DNA of 64,000 nt, from contig BDGG01000002.1 of assembly GCA_001949185.1 (NCBI GenBank), forward strand, positions 6,004,448 to 6,068,447. Direction: 5' to 3'. This DNA comes from Ramazzottius varieornatus (lineage: Eukaryota > Animalia > Tardigrada). The notes beneath the pieces are model-generated. The model was not told the origin of the DNA, ran no database searches, and was given only the letters and a program-made list of their open reading frames with translations. This document shows, piece by piece, positions 19,227-33,991 of this stretch; within the stretch, counting starts at the first letter, position 1, and each line of letters starts with the position of its first letter. The translations under genes and the position numbers were made by a program.

Positions 19227-21017
19227 ATGGCGTCAACGGAGGATGGAACCAATGGGCCGGAAACGATCGGAGAAGTTTTGAGCGAGGTGAACGAGTCGCA
19301 GTTTACGACAGTGAGTCCAGAACAATCACACAATGTCATGACTTCAAAAGTCAGATGACTGCATGCCCGTTTTCTTGGTCTGTAGGCACCGACATGTCTA
19401 GTCTTGACGGAAGATGTCCAGAAAGTCTTCGCGAAAGGAGACCCTCTGATAGTGGGGACATCGATGAGCGACATCCAGACATTCTTCCAGAAGGTGATCG
19501 CGGAGGCTCAACTAGGGTAAGTTATTAATACCATAACGTTTGCAGCAGTGCAATTGTTATGGCATAATTATTTTCTCCTTTATTCTTTGTAGAATGGAGA
19601 CTACTCAGTCTACCTCAGCAGGATCTTTCCCTCTCTACCCATCTCGCAACAGAAAAGCAGAAATCGGTAAGATAAAAACGGGTTGAACGAATATTCGGTC
19701 TGCTATTATAACATAAAAATCAATTATGTTTCACAATGTCATCCCTTTATATGTAGCAACTTTTGGACGGCGAGCCGAACGCTACCCAATTCCCTATTCA
19801 CAGTATCAAGCTGTCTACCGAAAGAAGGATGAAGGTGAGCCAACCATAAATGTCACTTTTCAGGCCGAGCGAAGCGAGGTCCTTTTAAGTCTGTCGAGAT
19901 TTCAATGGATGATCATACTGTTCGAGCTTTCAAGTATCGCAACCTCTGTACTGAAAACAAGTGCGCAACTTGATCCGAGTAGCAAAAGTGTTTACTCGCA
20001 AAACTTGTGCATCTTTGCTTCTGCTCGGCCTTCCCAGTGGTCAGAACCACTAGCTAGTGTACTTTACGGCTGGGGTGCGTAAAACGGTTTATTGATAAGG
20101 TACCAAACGAGCTGCCAGCAGGAAAGAAGGGGCTTCTTCTGCATCAGCGAAAACGGACACCGGAGATGATGTGAGGTTCTTCTTCGTTATAATAACACTG
20201 TTATTCTGTGTGCTTTGTATTTTACTGTCGCGACTGTAGGATAATGAACGTTCCGAAATTCCGCTGGATGCCATAAAGTACTACCTTGCCGAAAAGAAAT
20301 ACTTTCCTGGTTGGGGTACCAACTCCAAGCGAAATCTTCGGAAACGATGCGACGACTTCAGTCTCGAAGACGGTATCCTGTTTTACAAAACAAAGAAAGG
20401 CCGCAAGGTGCAGTGCGTGGAGGACCGCGCGGAAAGAATGCGCTTGATCTGGCAGCAGCATTCGTAAGTTCCCGGACTCCTCTTGGAAGTTCAGTTCGTC
20501 GTTTTACCATTTTATGTTGTTTATTGAAGTTTTATTTCTGTTATATAGCATTGACCACAGACGCAGGGACAGACTGTTTAATGCCTTGAAGCAGAACTAC
20601 TACTGGAAGGGCATGCTGCTGGACATTAACCGTGTGGTACGTTCAGTGCAGTTCTGTAATACTGGTGTATCGGGAAAACTAACAAAGTTAGTGGTCTGGT
20701 GGAAAAACAAGCTGGAGGACTGAATAGAAAAGTTTTTTCTGTAGTTGGATTCGTGCGAGTTTTGCGCGAGGACGCGGGAAGAGAAGAGTGTTCCCGAAAA
20801 TGTGGTCACTGTCGAGTTCGAGATGCCCGAGCCAGTGCCGGTGGCACCGAGGTCGTCCGACCCACCACTGATGTATAGCACAGCGCCGTTCGTGAACAAC
20901 TATAACCCGGCGACGATGAAGAAACCTGTCCCACGAAAGAAGAAGAAAACTAGCGATACCGTGGAAGTCATCTTTTCGGATGCGGGTCTTCCTGGCTCCT
21001 CCTCTGGGGACGCGTAG
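19227..21017 (+). CDS. Multi-exon gene with a Gypsy/Ginger-type integrase zinc-binding (H2C2) domain and no DDE core
   Basis: Spliced reading AIKYYLAEKKYFPGWGTNSKRNLRKRCDDFSLEDGILFYK...QQHS|IDHRRRDRLFNALKQNYYWKGMLLDINRV|LDSCEFC. The 5' exons are only partly resolved. Confidence 0.7.
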
Positions 21018-21416
21018 ATTCGTCTGTATGCATTCGCGATATCCGCGGTAAGGAATAATATTTTGTTTGATTTGGATTAACCTTCCCACTGGTTATTTTT
21101 ACATGTCAAAAAGCATCTTTTGAATGTTTGGTGCAGATATTGTTGAACACTGGCGACCTCTTCATACGCCGATTCCCCTTCATCTGTTAATCGCTTCGCT
21201 TTTATTGAACAGAAGTCCTGTTATCGATTTATGTAAAGTCCTCTTTGACTCTTACCGGTGCTTTATTGACTGAGCAGGCCCACACGAAAACTTCACTTGT
21301 ATCCGTCGAGCATATGTGCAGAGTAGAATACTGACAGCAAGTTACAACAGCTGCGCGCTGTTCTGATCCAACTCAGTTCGCGAGACGGAAGTCTTTAAGA
21401 TTCTTGTTCTTTGAAA

Positions 21417-24400
21417 ATGGGTAGTAAGACGGATTCTGTCAAGTCAGAAGGTTTCGAGGACCTTTTGAAAAAGGTGGCTAAAGAAGTAACCAGCAAAGGA
21501 ACCCCAGCGGAAAGTCATGCTACAAACAAGTTTTGTTTGGACCTCACAGGTACGTCGAAATTACTCTGGAATTCTCGTTCTACCCCGTTTCTGGCCAACA
21601 AGCGAACTTTTTTCTGTCTTTACAGCGTACCTACTCCAGCGGAAAAATGCCTTCTCTGGCGAGATTGATATGGTATTCGTGCAGAACTATTTCCGCCTTC
21701 TACAGCTGTGCTTCCGGTCAGAGCAGTCCGCTATACAGGCATCTGGACTGGCGCTTATGCAGGTTCGTAGTTTATATGCCTGCTTCCTTCTGTGGAACAT
21801 GGTCTCTCTTATGGTGTCCGATCATCCTTCAGAAATGCCTCGAAGACACGAGGTTCGTTCCTCGCAATCTGACCGGCGAAGCGAGGAAAGAATTCTCCGG
21901 TATGTTTGTGAATGTCCTTTCCGAGCTCTGCATTCATGGCTCGGACGAGACGGCTGTGGAAATATTACGGGTAATGCAATGTAGAGTATTGTAGTGCGAT
22001 TCGTAAATTTCTGTATTTTTCAGTGATGGTAGCGCTGCACTCTGGTACAGTAATGCCATTAACTTTGCAGGTTTCGCTCCATTTTGCGCTGCACTGGTCC
22101 GAAGACCCATATGCTCTCATCAAAATCATCAGTGTAAGTGAGCGATTACCACTTTATTCGGGGTTCTTAAAGGTCCGCATACACCAATGAACAGCTGTTT
22201 CAGTTTTGTATGTACTGCTCTGGACTGAGGAAGTCTCCCAACGTCAAAACAGCCGCTGCAGCCACCAATGTCCAGGCTGTCACCTCGTTTTGCCGGACTG
22301 TCCTCAATGATGGTAAGCCAAGCTATCAATATTCAACTAATTCAAGCCCAGTAAGTTGATGTTTAGGCATAAAACATGATTTTCATGGTTGTAGATATCA
22401 GCAAGGACTCTGTGTTGCCGGCTGACTTCCAGACCGTTTTGACTTTCCTTGGGGATAATTTGGAGAACCTTCAGAAGTGAATCTTATAACCTTTTTCTTT
22501 CATTATCTCTCTGTTTGTTTCATGAACGGCTTGTTCGGCAGTTTCACCGATGACGCGAAAGGCGTTGAGGTTTTAAGGACCACGCTGCTGTCGATCTACA
22601 GCATCCTCCAAAGTACATCGAACTCAGTTCAGAAACATCCACAGTTCCAAGAATATATTTGGTAAGCGCGGCTACACGTTTATTGTAGAAGCCTTCTCTT
22701 CAAATCAGTATTTCTTTCGTAGGAGAAAGGTGACACCTGCATTGTGTCACTGGCTGGGAAAACCGGCGGAAATGTATATGCAGTCCATCTCCCAGCAAGC
22801 TCGAGCTGCGGCAGGATTGATCACCGTTGCTGACATGGAAATGGTCGAGATCAAACTTATTTCCCAGTAGGTCTTCCTTTCGGCGTGTTGGAGTCCTTGT
22901 ACAGGGGGAATTCCACTGTGAATTCTTGATCGCTTTGTACTGTAGAATATTTGTGCACTTGGCGAAGACCTATTCAAGAACGGACTCCATGCGCTGTGTC
23001 CTGGGTTCTTTGTTGCAGCGTATGATGTCAGTGGCTTCGGTTCGACAGAGACTGTACACGCTCCATAGCATCAGCGAGGTATGCACCGAGAAAAAATTGT
23101 GAGAGATATAATGCTATGTACCAGTACTCGTACACTTTGATGCGTAGGTTCTGGAATCCGCACAACTGCTCAGCGACTTGGAGGGACCAAACACGGATGG
23201 CAATATGCCTGATACCTGTCTAACGGCTATGTAGGTGTCAAGCCTCATCTCTGGTGCTAGACTGACTTCAGAATTTTGATCTGTCCTCAGGGTTTCTGGT
23301 TCGTTCTAGAATTGCGGTGGCACTGGCGAAGCTTGCCGTTATCAGGCACCCGGAAGTCGAGGCCGTCTGTACAAAATTGGCCCTGTCTCTTCTAACATCT
23401 CTGGAACACGTCGTCGACGGCCACACTCTGAGCGAAGAGCAAGTTGCTAGCGTCAACCGTGCTTTCTCTCTGTTGTGGGATACTAGTCCGCCCAGTCAGG
23501 ACACTATAGAAAAGAACATAGAAGCATTAGTATCTAAACGGCCGCCGAAGCTTCAAATCGGAAACGGTCAGTCTACGGAGTCTGAGCCGGGCACGACCGT
23601 CGACATAGACGTGGCCAGTTCAAGAGCCAACGGAGATTCGATTGATAATTCGGAAACGTTAGACACGCCGACACCTGGACCCGATCCAACTGTCAAATTC
23701 GAGTTCCCACCACTGCGTGACTTGATCAGTTCGCCTCGGACAGACTTCGATGAAAAACAGAGTGCCCATCGGTTTGTCGAGACTCTGCTGCTAAAGATTC
23801 CTGACTTGATCAAGAAGATCAGTACGGTAGATGCCGACGAAGCCATGCAGCAGTTCGCTTCTACCTTTTGTGAAGGTCTGTAGATTGTGTCAAGTCGGCA
23901 AGCGAATCCACGCAAATGGTTGCTCCAAATGGTGCACGCTCTCAGCTAATGACAATGAGAACCTGCGTTACTTGAGACCCGCGATGTGGGCGGAATCATT
24001 TGCTGACGTCTCAATTCACAAATGTGACACAAGCAATAGTTTCGACTTCATTTAAGTCCATGAAATATGTTCTTCTCGTGGAGGTGTCTTTCTCGTTCTT
24101 GCAGAAGAGAAAGGTTTGTTCCACGGGGTTCCTTACTTGAACGGTGATGGAGTCTACGTTGCCGCCTATCAGACATTTCGATATACAATTCGAGCTCGAG
24201 AAATGCGGTACTACACCAGGAAGTCCACCGCGAATGGGCTGGTACCGATGACCGAAAAGGAGTTTGTCAGTGGTGTTCTTGGCTGCGGACTTCTGGTATA
24301 CATGTCGGTGGTATGGATCGGAGAACTCTTTGCCATCGTTAGCAGTCGGGACCTCTTGGCCGAAGCCGGTTGCACACCAGCCGAACTGGAGAGCCCCTTC

Positions 24401-27400
24401 GTACAAACTGTTCGTGATATCGACGGAAGCGGAAATGACCACCCTTACTTGAGCGACTATGCCCGGCTAGACGGACTGTCGCGTAAAATGTTCGAGCCAC
24501 CCAAAGTTGCTGGTGAGCTCAGACTGTCTTCTTGTCGCCATCCGAACTTATTGGGGGTACTTCACACCGGAATCAACTACTTATTCTTATACTGTAGGTG
24601 TGAAGTTGGCCAGGTACCTCCTGAGTCGATGTTGGACAGGGCTCCAACAGACCCTACAATGTGCCTTCCTGGATTGTTTCTCGAGGAAGAAGCTATTTAC
24701 CCTGAAGAAGGACTTCACCGAAAACAGTCTCCAGCTAATGTGCTCGGCCCTTGGGGGTCTCCAGCGATATGCTGATCTCTGTGCGCACTTACGTGAGTGG
24801 CTTTCTTTCGTTGGGCTGGCAGTGCATTGTCCTATTTTCTCGGTCTTTCGAAAACTGGAACAATACCAATACCAAAAATGCTGTTTTTTTTACTAAATTA
24901 CAGATCTCCACGAGCTTTGCAGCAGCGCTTACGCCCTGTTGGCTCGCGTCTGCTGTTCAAGTTTGTATCCGCAGCCTGCTTTGCAGTCCCGAAACAAGAG
25001 CGTCCATCTCCAGCTTCATCCATGGATTGTACTGAGGTATTGCTCTTACACAACGCTCGTTTCTGAGTTGAACTGGTACGCGTTGAGTCTTGTCCGTTTT
25101 TAGCATCGATGTCGTCCTACGGCGCAGTCTTGATATGGGTTCCCGCAACCCCGACTGCTGGAAGGCCTTCTTTACATGCTACCTGTACCTCCACCGGCTG
25201 GAAACCAAGTTCCTCATCAGCGCCAAAACACCCTCCTTAACCAAACGCGAACTACAAGACTGCAGGTACAGTGCAATGGAATCGAACACCAGAATGCCGG
25301 AATGAAATTCGTCGTTCAGTGGAATGAAATTAGCAATACGCGGAACCAGAAGTTCCACTGTATGTTCGTAAAAAGCATCTATAGTGTTGAGTACAGTTTC
25401 GGTTTCAGTTCGACCATAAAGGACATCACGACCCGCTTCGGAGGGAACACGGAAACCAAAGCCAGCGAGGCGTTGGACACGGACCATTCCTACTTGGCAC
25501 TTGGTGCCTTGCTCAACGCACTGGATGTCTGCTTTCTCGATGCGACCAGGAAGTTGAATTTGACCAACTTATGCAATTTCATTCGAATGCTGGGCGATGC
25601 TAGTATGCGGGTCCCCAGCGAACAAGTTATGCTGCTGGAACGACTAGCCAATGTCGTCATCATGTCCTCCAAGTGTGGTCGGTAGGTCAACTACGTTTTG
25701 ATTTGTATGATTAATTTTGAACATCGGTAGAATGTATAAATTTCTGTGATTTTTACCAGGCCACTCCTGCATGTGATGATCATTTGGGCTTCCGCGGTCC
25801 CATTTTTGTACCAGGTACGGCAATCAATCTCAGTCTGGGGTATTTCCTTCCGGAGACCGAATGCTTGATTTGTAGGCTGCCGCCAGTCAGCAGTCGGTGG
25901 TGTCTGAGAAAGCTGTGACCAGCATGTGGAGCATCGTTGCTGTGTTGACCGCCACGATGAACGAGCATGAGCACTTCCATTTCAACGAGCTCCAGCTGAA
26001 ACCTTTCGAAAGTCTGATTTGCTCGCAAGTCAGCATAGAACTTCAAGAGCGAATAGTATACTCCCTCTGCAACCTAGTGGAGACCACGAAGTCGGATATA
26101 CGGTAAGCAATGAAGAGGTATAACCGGAAGCTCTGCGGTGACGTCAGAGACCCTCTCAATCAGCGCGTGTTTTTGCTTTCTAGGTCGGGCTGGAAGAGCT
26201 TATTCTGCACGTTACGAGGTATCCAGATAGAAGCAAAAAGCGGCAATCTGCTGCAAGCTGTAAGCGACGTTTATGAGGTATGTCCGTCATTCAAACTTTC
26301 TTTTAACTGCGGAAGTGCGCCACTCTCACGGCGAACACAGAATATTTCGCAGTTTCTTCGTCATATTATTAGGCGTATCTGCACAGCGACAATGTGAAGG
26401 TCTTTTCTTCTTCTCTGTGGGAATGTGTCCAGAGCTTGATCAAGTTATACCGGTCTTCCCGTAAGTCAACTCAAACTTTGCTGATAAAGTTTATTTGCAT
26501 CCGCAACTTTTATTTCACGGTCAGGAATACTCTTTTTCTAGTTGATATTTCAACTGCTGGACAACTCACGCTGGCCGGTCAAGCCGCTCTGAAGTATCTG
26601 AACCACGCCAGTCGACTATTGTTCTCCCTGAGTTTAATGCCAGAGTTTACTGGACTGGTCGAAAAGGACAGGTACTTGGGAATGTCATACGCGGTTTACA
26701 ATCGTGGTACTTATGGATAGTCCCTTTCCCGTTGCGTTATCGACTTTGCATTTTACAGGTTGCGTGTACTGAGTTCCACGATCCAGCAGGTTGACATGGT
26801 TCTCCCCAATGCCCCGACAGTGGAGAGCCTCGAAGAGCATCTCCTGGAAGAAATATACCGGTGGATTCCGGATGAGGAAATACGCATTCAGTTGCAGAGC
26901 CGGTACTTTTCTCGCAGTACAACTGAAACTATGGATGAAGAAAAGACCCACAGTCTGATAGTCCAGTGGGACAACGGAAAAGGTGTCCTGCTGGCCGTCT
27001 ACAACATCGTGGACAACCTCACCGCCAGCTGGAATAACACTTATGGAGCTATGAATAACAACTCGGTGGAGACCGTCATGGAAATACTCAGAGCGGGATC
27101 AGAGAAAGGGCGTAAGTTTGCAGGACACTTCCTTGTCTCCAACGACTTACAGTCTTTACTATATGTCATTTTATTGCAGATCCAGAGTTTGGCTTGCTGC
27201 TGGCTTCCTCGAGTGTGGTACCGGTGATACAGCAAATTCTGCGCGGTAAATATCAAAGGTGCGATTCTGCTTTCCAGCAACTTATCGGCTCGCTGACCGA
27301 CGTGGTGGGCGATATCTTCCTGCAGAACTTTGAAGGTAGGTTTGTCCCTCTTGGCCAAATCACGGTGTTGGTCTCATGAGGAAATTATTAATTTTTCCTC

Positions 27401-29640
27401 TTCCAGTGCTGTCAGACAGTCCGCGAGGTGATGAATACCTAAGGTCCGTGCTGTACATCCTCGCCGAATGTTCGCTCAGTGACCGAGAAGCCCTCGTACG
27501 GCTCTCCATCTCGTCTTTCAAGTATGATAACCCTACTGTAGTGCTCATAGCTTATCACGCAGCCATCCACGTGATCAGTAAATGATGGCCGGGTGGGAGT
27601 GTATACCCTGGGCCAGCAGCTGATTGCCAACAGCTGGTTACACTGGGCAATGATGACTCATCACGTGGTTGAGTGCGCGATAAAGTACTTCCATTTAACC
27701 ATTTCACCTTAGATATGACTGAACTGATCAATATTGTTCCCAACAGGCATCTGATCGCGAAGGTATGTGAAGTGCCGAAGAACGTCTTCCGGTGCACCAT
27801 GGCTCGCTGCCTACTGGACATCCTCCATGCCACATTCGCTCCGCTCAGGGACCTGATGGTGTGCTACAACAACCACTCCAAGAGCATTTATGGAGATAGC
27901 GGACACGTCAAAGTTACCATCACTAATGAGAGCTCATACAACGAAATGCTGAAAATACGACAGACGGCTTTCCGGGTAGGTCCTCCATAGTGCTGATGTT
28001 GTCGCAATAATCCAATAATAGTAAGTGGTTAATCACAGTAGATACTTCGCTATAGGTCTTCCTGACTGAAGCTCAAACTTCCAACGAAAGCCACACCGCT
28101 TTTGATCCTGACAGCAGTTCTCCAGGGAAATCCTTCACGTTCCTTGTCTATCCCTCTGAACTGGATTACCACGTCAGTACGGACCTCTTTGTCCGAAGGT
28201 ACGTACAGTATAACAGGTGGACAGCAACCCAGCTCCACGATCTAATCCGCTGATCGTTTATTCTTTGCACAGAGTACCGCTAGAACGACTTGTTAGGGGT
28301 CTCCTTGGACACGAACAGATCTTAACACTCGTGCGACAAGTTCTACACATGCATTTGCGAACCGGTAAGGGCTATGTGTTTGTACTTACTCAGCTAGTAG
28401 ACAAACCGCGAAGGGACTTTTAGAAGTGTATTAACCCGGAAGAAGCAAGTAAATCGGCAGACAAGATCGACAAGTTCGGTTTCCCAAGTGGCGCTTGCCT
28501 TGGACAATATCGCCGGAAACATGCGCCACTCGTATAAACGATATTGTCGAGTGTATTTGTTGAGCTGTGGAACTTTGGCATGTTTTTCCAGAGCGGTACT
28601 CGTACATGGATGACCGCGAAAGGTTATTCCTGCTCTGTGCTCTTCGACAGTCGTGCAATCTGACTGCCGATTTCAATCACCTATCCGGCCTCAAGTTCCT
28701 CATCAAAAGAGTTCTGGCGTCACCGCACTCCATTCACCTGTACCAACTGAATAACCTGGCCGGAACCATACATTCCACGGAGCTGTTGGCTCTGTGTGCC
28801 CGAATAGGTAACACAGCTAGTATCCTGAAAGAGCAACGTCCCCGGGAGCAGCTGCTTATCAAAGACGACCACTGTATGCACGAAATAACGTCGAGTACTT
28901 TCGTGGAGTACTTTCGCAGTTGGGCCGTGAAGATGGTTGAGTGCTACTGCACGACCTTCGACTGTTCCTTGCATATAGACCCGTCAAGCAAGAGTGGGCG
29001 AGAAAGGCAGGAAGATGACGAGGAGGACCGGACGGAGGAAGAAGAACCAAAAAGCCAGGATGGTTTGACGGACATCACTTTGGAGTCAAACGTCGTACAT
29101 AAGTCTTATTCGTCTATGTCGCTGTTGGTGGAAGCTCTGAAAAAATGTATCCCTGAAAAGGTAATTTCAGAGTACCTTGACCGAATGGCAGCAGTCACTG
29201 GCAAGAAGAACTCGAGTACAGAATCTGCAAGTGAGACTAACAGCTCCAAGAGTGGAGACTCCCGCAAGAACCCTTTCCGCGAACCGGTGACTCCCTCGAC
29301 GGAACTACCGAGCGAGGTGGCGCAAGAGCTGTTGGCCGCCATGGAAGAGGTAAGACATTAGACATACGTGCTGTGTTTTGATGGGTTATTATTCTGCGGT
29401 TACTAACTCACCGGCGTGTTCTTGCAGGACAAAGGGATTTGCAGGCAGGTGTGCACCAATCCCTTGGAGGCTTGCTTCGATCTGGCGCTCTCTGCCGGGA
29501 ACATGGACAAGCTAGCAATGGCTCCTTTGTTATTTTACGTCTGCCGGCTTCTTGTGGAAACTTCGGAACTTCGGGCTGATAGTGGCTTCTTTGAACGAAT
29601 GGAGCGGTTCCTGGTTTGGCTCAAAGACGCGCTGAAGTAA
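21417..29640 (+). CDS. ARFGEF3: Brefeldin A-inhibited GEF 3 (BIG3)-like, many exons
   Basis: FEDLLKKVAKE N-terminal DCB; DEAMQQFASTFCEG; LNGDGVY; SLDMGSRNPDCWKAFF; RPLLHVM; HFHFNELQLKPFE; SGWKSLF. Confidence 0.88.
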
Positions 29641-30118
29641 CTATTTCCATGAACGGTTGGCTTCCCAAGTGCACCAATTTTACAAAAAATAGTGGTCGCA
29701 TCGAGTTCTCTGTTTCTACTAATATTTCAACATGAAAACTTCTAATTCTTTTGTCGAATGGTTTCTGTTGTCTAAAATTGAAATGTCATTCCACTATCGC
29801 AACGAGCAATGCGTTTTCTTCACACGACGGAAACATTTTGAACATTGGAGGAATAGGCGTATCTAAGCAGCGTTTGCCGTATTGTTATTGAACACTAAAT
29901 GGCGTGCGGTTTGACGACTGTCCGAGCCACTGCGGAAGGCGTGTCCTTCAGTTGCGCTTGGGAGAAAGTCCCCAGATGAGATGCAGAGAGTGCAATCGCG
30001 AAAGCGAACTGATCAAGTCGCAATCAATCGACGGTGAAGCCTTGGCTGAGTCGCTGCCCGCTTTGATCATCCCGTCACAGCACAGTTATGTTGGTCGGTC
30101 ATTCCATGACTCAATTCA

Positions 30119-32814
30119 ATGGGGCTTACCAATCTTACGCCTTTTTGCTCCCTTTTTGCCTGTTGGTATCCCACGCTTAAAGCACGGATTCTGCACTGTG
30201 AAACATCATCTACCAATATCATCCTCGATCACTTGGTCGGGCGAATCTCGTTTGGGCTAGAGAACAGTGATCAACTGAGGCAAGTGCGCTTTGCTTTGTT
30301 GAGATTTCAAATTCCCGCGTTAAACTATTCACTTAGCATCTACGCTTGCTATCATTTACAAACGACTTCTTGGAAGATTAGCTGTTGATCGATATGACCA
30401 CCATGAATAGCAAACTGCTGTCAGCGTCGACACAGCTAACTGCTCCGTCCTCCGTTGGATCCACCGGAAATGAAAACTACCTGTCCCTTGAGGAGCTGAT
30501 GCGATATTCGAAGCAAGTCAGATCCTGCGGGAACGCTGTGTCGATCGTTGATGGCCAAGAGGAAGCCGACTGGAAGGACAGAGGTTTATCCGGATGGGCA
30601 TGCTACGAAATTATCTACGGAGCTCTGCTCGACAGGACTGGCGAAACGAGTGGACCATTACTGGAAGCACTGTGCTTCTTCGTCGAGCAGACGCTGAACT
30701 CCTCAGAGCCTCATGTGGTCAAAAATGGCCTCCACTTCTTTAGACCACTTGTGCCGGTAGGAAACCCGATGAAATTTATATCGGATGCGAACCCTTAGCA
30801 AAATATTGTTCGGTACTCGATAAATAAAGATAAATTTGATATTTTTTTCGATATTCGATAAATTCGATATTTTTTTCAGGCTTTGCACCAACTTCTTCAT
30901 GCTCGCGACTCCAGCGGATGGGCTGCTCGAATGCTGGCTGCGGTCTATGTGAAGGAAGGTATTCTGACAGATGACACTGTCCATGAACTGCGGAGAGCTT
31001 TGGACGAAAATGAGGAGTTGGCCGTTCTCGATACCTCTCGACCGCATATCCTCGAAGCGCTGAAGATCTTACAGCCACTCCGACCAGACCTGATAACCGA
31101 AGACGTCTCCGAGAATTCTCGCGGAACGCAGTTTCCTACTTACTCTCCCTACTTCCAGAAAAGCAAAGCGTCACAGACTACCACGAAAGAGGATTTCGGC
31201 GAGCTTCCGCCCAGGAAAACCTTCCATACAAAGTACCCTACGGCACTTTCGCAGCCTCACAAGACTCGTCGATGGTTTACAGGTAACTAACCTGTTTGAA
31301 TGTACCTGTCTCGAATCTCTTTCATAATGTATAGGTTTTGTTCACAGGTGACGCCTTGGCTGATGCGGACAACTTCATTAGCCTGTGGACAAAGCTACGG
31401 TTTCCGGACCAGCTTCTGTGCCTACTGACGGACGCGAACTTCCTGACGGCCTACTGGCTATCCGCACGACCAAGCAAGTCGGCTACCACAATGGAAAGGC
31501 GGATCCTGGATATGGTTCAGGACTTGCTGGTGAACGGAGGCAGAGGCAGGTCTCCCGAGGAGGGGGATGTGAGCGAGGACGAAGGCACGACAGAAGAAGA
31601 TGCCGAAAGCCACACGAACATCACACAGCTACTGGAGTTCGTCACCAGCCATATCCACGTACGTAATCCCTCCATCATCATAGGTCTGACATTAGTTCGA
31701 TGATTTTAGTGGTAGACCACTCAGAATTTGCATCCCGTCTCGAGTTGCAGAAAGATGCAGAAATGTAACTCAGTCGAAACAAAGATCACTTTTTCTTGTG
31801 GCGCACGTTGACAGTTAACAACACTGAAAAGGTGCGCCACTTGAGAACAATCTTGACGAGTTTGTTTGTCGAGCTTCTGCATAATTACTTTTTTCTTACT
31901 GGAACCTTTTTTGCAGGAAAGTTTGCCAGCTGTTTCGTCAATGGCGATGGATTCTCTGGGTGACCTTGAGTCCTCTACAGACGACTTCCTTAAGGCTGTG
32001 CACCAAGTCAGCCTGATTCACGTGAGCGGTAACGGCTTAGAAGTCGTGCAACAGGCCTTCTCCGTCATCGCAGGCAGGTTCGCGGGAGCGAGTGAAGCTG
32101 ACCAGATGAGCATTCTGCAAGCTCTGCGGATCATGTTGCGTGACTGGCAGCGGGATCTCCCTCGGTTGTGGGACCTAGAGTCTGAAGTATGTGACGATGA
32201 TAAGCTCACTCTAGCCAAGCAGAGCTTCATGCATTCGGAAGTGGGTGTCCAAGCGGCGTACGTTGATACGGTAGTCACATTCCGCATGCTCGTGGATCTC
32301 ATAGACAGGATAGTGTGGAAACCGGCGATCGACAGTCCAGTTAGCGATGAGATCAGCACTCGATACTGGAACGAGATCATACAGTTATGGAAACAGGTAT
32401 TTGCGAAGCTTGAGTTCGTCGTTAGCTTGAGTATATGGAACAAATAACGAACACCAACTTCCATCGGGTGTGTTCTTCTTTGCAGGTGATTGAAGTCATA
32501 GAGATGGGAGAGAATGCTCAAGTTCGAGTCAGTGTATCCAGATACCTTCCGCATCCACAGCTGATGCTGGTTGGTTCGTTACAGCCGAGCAGATTCATTC
32601 AAGATGAGATGAAGGCTTTGCTGGACAGGTTGGTCGGTTGACGAGCTCCCTCATTTGCCTTGTTCGAACGGTAGACTGGCTGACTTTTATTTCATTTTAA
32701 TGTTTCAGGTGTTGGACGTTGTCGGAACCGAGCGACAAGAGAGAGCAACTACGCATGACAGAACTTTTCAAGTTGTTTGAGAGAAAGAGATCCAACCCTG
32801 TAAGGCGGAAGTAA
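30119..32814 (+). CDS. CENPI: Centromere protein I (Mis6)-like, multi-exon; start uncertain
   Basis: Remembered similarity to CENP-I motifs: LKILQPLRPDLI, NFISLWTKLRFPDQLLCLL, FLQESLPAV, SILQALRIMLRDW. Confidence 0.5.
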
Positions 32815-33037
32815 CTCGGTAGCTCTAGAATGATGAAAACTGTGCGAAAATATGGCGTACATATGTAAAAAGCGGAGAAACTGAACGCTACCACCATTCT
32901 CTGCACTTCTAAAAATCAAACTATCCACAATATCAGTTCCGTACCACCAGTTGCCGCAAAATAAAACTGCAAGTCAGCGAGACGCGGTCGCTACTGTACG
33001 TATGGTACTGTCCCGATCTTTGGCATGAACGTCCGGG

Positions 33038-33991
33038 TTAGACGTCGGTTGATTCTTCGAAGTCCATAACATAATTCTCGCGTAGTTCGCTTCGAGGCAG
33101 AGTGAGTAGGTGTTTCACTAGAGTAATCGGGCTACCGCGAGCTGAGAAGACGGCTTCTCCCGACTGCGCCAGACGAGGAAGAGACTTCTTCGGATCTCCT
33201 GACGCGTCAAGCGTTACGGTTTCGCGCCACCCGGTCGGGAAGCTCGCCGGCTGTGTACGCAGAAAGATACTGCGACGTTTCGGCTTTGACCGATTGCTAC
33301 AAAGAACCGTACTCTGTGGCACGTTGCCGGATACTAATGGAACACCACAGGGAGAAGATGCGATGACTATATACCTCAAAGTGACCGGAATCTTCACCAA
33401 AGGCCGAGACTTTCGCCGAGCCATCTTTCCTTGCTCCGACAGTCGGAAGATAGTTTCATCTGCAAAGTTCTCATGTTATTCTTCATTAGACCTCGAAAGC
33501 GTGGAGACGGGCAGCCAAATGCGCGGGGATACTCAGCTGTCTGTCAGAATCCGTTCCAGCTCCGAGGTAGTCATGTCCAGCTGTTCAGAAGGCAACAGGT
33601 TGCACAGCTTCTCAAACATGATCCCTTCTTCTTTCTTCAACCTCGAGAACGCTCTCTTGTATTTCTGAATTTGACGGTTTTCTGGAAAACCTAACATGAT
33701 GATTCCTCCGACGATCGTAACGGAGAAATATGCAGCTTGATTTCGTGCTTTACCTTCATCCTTGAGACCGGAGTACATCTCTGTGTACCGAGCGACCAAG
33801 GCAGCTCCGTATTCGGTTTTGCTGCACCTGAGAGGAAACTTTGTATATGAAATTACTGGAAATATAGCGAGGAACACGCTCCCACTTCAGGAAAGGCAAC
33901 AAAGCACTTACATCCGGGTCTCGGCCTCCATCTCTTTCTCCGACTTCCGGGACATGCTAGCCTTGCTGGACGCTCTGGATCTGGTAGACAT
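33038..33991 (-). CDS. Probable small spliced gene of unknown function
   Basis: ATG at 33991 (MSTRSRASSKASMSRKSEKE) with GT-AG bounded exons. The 3' structure is unresolved and no family was recognised. Confidence 0.35.

Noticed and set aside
30800-30879. AT-rich cgata repeats in a CENP-I-like intron
   Set aside because: Simple low-complexity intron sequence.
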